Source of the DNA: Trichodelitschia bisporula
Lineage: Eukaryota
NCBI GenBank assembly: GCA_010356995.1
Contig: ML996702.1
Coordinates: 248,001 to 312,000 of the forward strand
Direction of reading: 5' to 3'
Length of the DNA: 64,000 bases
A program made the translations under genes and the position numbers. Positions 59,600 to 64,000 of this stretch are shown here, in pieces; positions within the stretch are counted from its first letter, which is position 1, and the number at the start of each line of letters is the position of its first letter. The notes beneath the pieces are model-generated. The model made no database searches, had not been told where the DNA came from, and was given only the letters and a program-made list of their open reading frames with translations.

Positions 59600-62500
59600 A
59601 TGGAAGACATACACGGCGTAGACGTGAGCTGGTTGCATCACAGCAACCCAGGTACGAGACTCTCTGCATCATGTCCTTCGACTACATGCGAAAAATGAGC
59701 CATTCTAACCTCCAGCGCAGACCGCGCCACTCGCCTCCACACACCGGCTTCCGCCCGTCCGCCCGTGCGCAGCTCCGCGCACTCTACACTCACTAAACTC
59801 CCCGAACCAGCAATGGTAGTAGTAAATGGAGGCGCGAAGAACGAAATCAAAGCACCGACCGCACAGCCAGTAAAGGCAACAGTGCCATCCCTCGATACCA
59901 GCGCAAACGGCATCGCCAACCAAACCGGCACTCCCCACCCCGCCTCCATCCCCATATCCTGGAACGCACCAGCCGGAACTGTCCATCCCGTCCCCTCCCC
60001 TCCCCGCGCCGAACCCGTAGCCGCAACAACAAGCCCCATCCTCGCCGGCCTTTCGCGCGCCGCCACCCTCCCTACCCCCACCGCTCCCTCGAGCAGCGCA
60101 CCAAACGGCACAAACACCACCAGTACGAATGGACATACAAACGGCACACCCCCCGCTACGCCACAGTCAAAGCCCCCTCCGCGCAGGCCTGGCCTCACGG
60201 CCTGGGCGTCGGCGGATAGGGTCCTGCAGTCGGCGAGTCCGGCGAGGGGAAGGCGGGGGTCGTTTTTCTCAAATGTGAGCTCGCGGTTTGGAAAGGTCGC
60301 GGAGGGGCATGGGCCGGTGCCGCGGGCTGAGAGCCCGGCGCCGGTGGGGGGGGCGGTTCAGCCGCCTGATCGGCCGGTGACGCCGCCGCAGCGGGGGGGG
60401 TCGTTTTTCTCGAATGCGTTGAGGAGGTTATCGACTAGTGCTGGGGCGGGCTCGGCGGTTAAGGCTGGGCATGCGGGTGGGTTGTGTCCGCGAAGGGTGA
60501 TGAATGTGGATCGCTCGAGGCCGAGGTGTGTGCTTCCTGAGCTTAATGCGGCGAAGTTGAGGAAGGTGGCGTTTTGTGTGGATGTTGAGATTGCGGGGGG
60601 GCCGAAGTATGTGGATGATGAGGCGGAGGAAGAGGAGAGGAAGCGGCGGAAGAATAGGGAGAAGATGAAGGAGAGGGGTGAGGGAGAGGCGCTGAAGCAT
60701 CCGGAGGAGGTCGCGCAGCAGAAGGAGGCGGAGGGGGTGGTTAAGGCGGCACCGGAGGTGGTGGGAACCTCTGAAGATCCCGTTCCGGAGGGCATTGTCG
60801 TTGAGGAGAATGGTCCGGCGAAGTTTGATGTCGAGAAATTGCCTGAGAAGCCCCCGGCGTCCCGTCCGGCTGATCGTCCGACTACGGATCCCCTGCGCAT
60901 CTACCGCCGCTGCTGCCAACTGCGCGAGGTTCGTCCGCTCAAGCGTCTCACTGAGCAGCTGGGCAACTCGTCCAACTGCCCCGTGCAGGAACCTGGTACG
61001 GTGTGTGAGCTCGACCTCACCGGCTCGCGGCTACGGTTGCCCGACCTTGTCACATTAAGCGACTGGCTCGCCGTGGTGCCAGTGAAGAAGTTGATTCTCG
61101 ACGACGCGGATCTCACAGATGAAGGCATTAGGGTCATTCTCGCGGGCTTACTGGCGGCGAAGACGGCGGATGCGCAAGTGCGTCGGTGTCATCTTGCCAA
61201 TGGGATCCGCGACGGAAAACCTGTGGAGCAGGCGGGCGTGGTCGAGAAGCTGAGCCTCAAGAACAACCCAAAGATCTCCAAGGAGGGCTGGAAGCACATC
61301 AGCCTGTTCATCTACATGTCGCCGTCGATCAAGGCGCTCGACGTGTCGATGAACATCTTCCCCTCGACGCTGAAACCCCTGTCCGACTCAGACTCCGGCT
61401 TCGTCGCCCCCGATCACACTGACATCGCCGAGATCTTCTCCAAAGCTCTCTGCGAGCGCCTGGCAGGTGACCGGCTGGAAGAACTGATCATGACCGAGTG
61501 TGCGCTCTCCGCGCCCGCCCTGCGCAAAATCATCGACGGCGTAGCCATTTCCGGCCTCAAGCGCCTCGGGATAGCAGGCAACGCCATCGATGCCGAGGGC
61601 ATGACCTACGTAACGCACTACCTGCGCTCCGGCGTGTGTCAAGGTCTCGACCTCGGCGGCAACGATCTCTCGCAGCACATCGACGTCCTCACCAAAGCCC
61701 TGACGCCCAAATGTCCCCTCTGGGCCCTCAGCCTCGCCGACTGCGCGCTCACACCCGCGCTCCTCAAATCCCTGCTCCCAGGCCTGCTCATCCTCCCCAA
61801 CCTGCGCTTCCTCGACTTGAGCCATAATCAAGCGCTCTTCACCGCGCGCCCCAACGCCCTCGCCCTGCTGCGCAAATCCCTCCCCCTCCTCCCGCACCTC
61901 AAGCGCATCCACCTCATGGACATAGCCCTCTCCCCCGCGCAAGCCATCGCCCTCGCCGAAATAATCCCCGAGTGTCCGTCCCTCGCGCACATCAACCTGC
62001 TACACAACCCCGCGCTTGCCGCTCTGGCCGCTGGGCCAGCAAACACCGACGCGGCGGCGGACGAGGAGGCCCAGGCGGCGGACGAAGAAGCACAGGAAGA
62101 GGCCTGCGCGTTGTACGCCGCCCTCCTCGCCGCGGCCCGCACGTCGTCCACGCTTATCTGCGTCGATATCGACCCGCCCTCCCCGTCTTCGGGACCAGTG
62201 GTTAAGGCCCTCGCGCGCCAGGTCGTGGCGTACTGCCTGCGCAATGTGGAGCGGTGCGCGGCGGAAGTCGCAGGCCGCCCGGCTGATGCGCCTGACGTGG
62301 CTGTCCCGTCTGTGCTGGCCTATCTCGTCGGCGGCGGTGTGCCGGAGGACGACGACACGCCGGGCGCGGATTACATCGTCGGCGGGACGGGCGTGGTCAA
62401 GGCGCTTGCGTACTGCCTGCGGGGCGGGGAGGAGGGCGAATCGAGGCCGGGGACGCCGACGCATGAGGCAAGGGCGAAGGCGGTGAGTGTGAATTTGCTG

Positions 62501-63076
62501 GATAGTGCGCGGAAGGTGAGGGCGAGACTTAGGCCGGCGTTGATACGTGAGGCGAGGGGCGGGGATGATATGGCATATCGGCGGTTGTTGTTTTTGGAGC
62601 ATACGCTTAGGGGGATTATTGGCCGGTTTGAGGATGAGTACCCTGAGTGTCGGGTTGAGGGGCAGGAGGGGCTTGAGCGGATGGAGAGTGGGTTCGAGGG
62701 CGATGTTGATATCGGCGGGTTGACGGCGGGTGAGGAGAGTGATGGGAGTGAGGGGCGGAGGCCGATGAGGCGGGGGGATAGCGAGGTTAATCTGCAGGCG
62801 AGGAAGTTGGCTGTCGAGGAGGGGCAGATGTTGCGTATGGGGGCCCAGGTAAAGCGTGAGCTTGGGTTGGATGGCGGGGAGGAGGGGAAGCGTGTTAAGG
62901 CGCCTGAGGGGGAGGGGGAGGACAGTGAGCAGATTGCCCTGCTGCGGAGTCAGCTTGACAGTTTTCGGGGCGAGGAGATCCGCGAGCATGTCCGGAGGGA
63001 GGGGTGGGAGGCTGCGGCGAGGAGGGTGGGGGAGGTGCTTGAGGGGGCGGGGGTGAGGAGATTTGGGACGGAGTAA
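59600..63076 (+). CDS. MHP1: Mhp1-like RNI/LRR protein (cell wall/microtubule related), 2 exons (intron 59652-59720)
   Basis: First exon MEDIHGVDVSWLHHSNP, CPRRVMNVD, RVxF-type KVAF (LRKVAFCVDVEI), YRRCCQLRE, multiple LxxLDLxxN repeats and QVVAYCLRN. Confidence 0.8.
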
Positions 63077-63177
63077 GGGTGTTCATTTTGGAGTTTGGTG
63101 TTTTCGAGGGGGGTTCTGATAGCAGGTGGTTTTGCTTTGGGCGCTGCATTGTGTGCGGGCGTTAGGGTATGCTTGTC

Positions 63178-63236
63178 TCGCAGGATATGAAATTGAGTGA
63201 GCTTTCTTCGCAGGATATGGAATTAAGTGACCTTTC
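63178..63236. repeat. 30-bp tandem duplication
   Basis: TCGCAGGATATGAAATTGAGTGAGCTTTC followed by TCGCAGGATATGGAATTAAGTGACCTTTC. Confidence 0.85.
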
Positions 63237-63342
63237 AAATTGGGGTGTTGAGCGCGTTAAGCCATCTTCTAACGTATAGGCGGGACGTCTATCTCTCCGA
63301 ATGGCCATGTACCCCCCGAGTCTCCCCCGCTGGCAGCCTAAC

Positions 63343-63685
63343 CCCGCGGGCCTAGGGATGCGCTTCGAGCAATCACGAATCGAACATGTGCCAAGAGATG
63401 ATTGATGATTGATGGTAAAAACATGCTTAAACACTGTTCAAAGCCAAGCCCAGCAGTAGTAAGGTAATAGTATCATTAATACACAATGCCAAGCCATATT
63501 TCTGCACTGTTATTCGTCAATATTGGCTTGGCACGTTTAATATACGGTAATATACGTATTTAATCTGGGTGCCTTAGGCTTACAGCTCTTTGAACAGGCC
63601 CCTTGTTCGTGTACTGGTTTCTTTAATGAACACTGAATGTTGTTTAATGGCCGTGTTCGTTGTTTTAACCGCATCCCTACGCGGG
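63343..63685. repeat. Degenerate long inverted repeat (fold-back) centred near 63510-63516
   Basis: Three nested, collinear, perfect 10-bp inverted matches: TAGGGATGCG 63353-62 with 63670-79, CTGTTCAAAG 63434-43 with 63588-97, and TGCCAAGCCA 63487-96 with 63524-33. Confidence 0.8.
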
Positions 63686-64000
63686 CCTTACGAAATCCCT
63701 CGAGGTGTACCCTCCACTACCTCCGGTAATCCCGCCTTTCCCTTCTCCATATCTGCCCTTCCATCTCCGCCCGCCCTAGCTGGCGTTAGGCACCCAGAGA
63801 AACGCAGCGGGACCACGCAGAGCAGACCTCAGCGGTATATGCGCAGAGGGAGAGCGGGTATATTCCGATATCACACAGTCATCAGCCAGCGGATGCATCT
63901 CCGCGCATTATAAGCGCAACCCTCGCACCGCACTCGCATCCGCCCGCTCCCGGCCCACTCCACCGGGCCGCGCCATCGCACTCGGCAAGCCGACACGGCC

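Noticed and set aside
1..64000. tRNA, rRNA or CRISPR arrays
   Set aside because: No cloverleaf with A/B boxes, rRNA signature or repeat-spacer array was seen by eye. The short tandem repeats lack unique spacers.

Overview
Eukaryotic, intron-containing, GC-rich DNA from a filamentous ascomycete (Pezizomycotina; GT-AG introns mostly 40-60 nt with CTRAC/CTAAT branch sites). About 20 protein-coding genes are supported: an Ams2-like GATA factor (partial), a HET-domain protein, CSN5, an alpha/beta hydrolase, an aromatic amino acid decarboxylase, PLC1, PPIL2, CDC14, SPE3, VPS23, NFS1, RVS167, VMA3, MOD5, STE2, a DsbA-like protein, HCS1/IGHMBP2, RPL5, MHP1 and two hypothetical proteins. The most notable non-gene signals are five. 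(1) A 1.6-kb non-autonomous Ty1/copia-type LTR element (LTRs, TSD, half-tRNAiMet PBS) sits 53 bp upstream of the STE2 start codon and carries a Gag-like ORF antisense to its own PBS. (2) At least four unrelated 180-345 nt intergenic fold-back inverted repeats, one built from a Ty3/gypsy integrase fragment. (3) A decayed gypsy relic. (4) Unusually long structured introns in NFS1, RPL5 and HCS1. (5) A window-wide alternation of C-rich and G-rich blocks. All calls come from reading the sequence by eye; no database searches were run.
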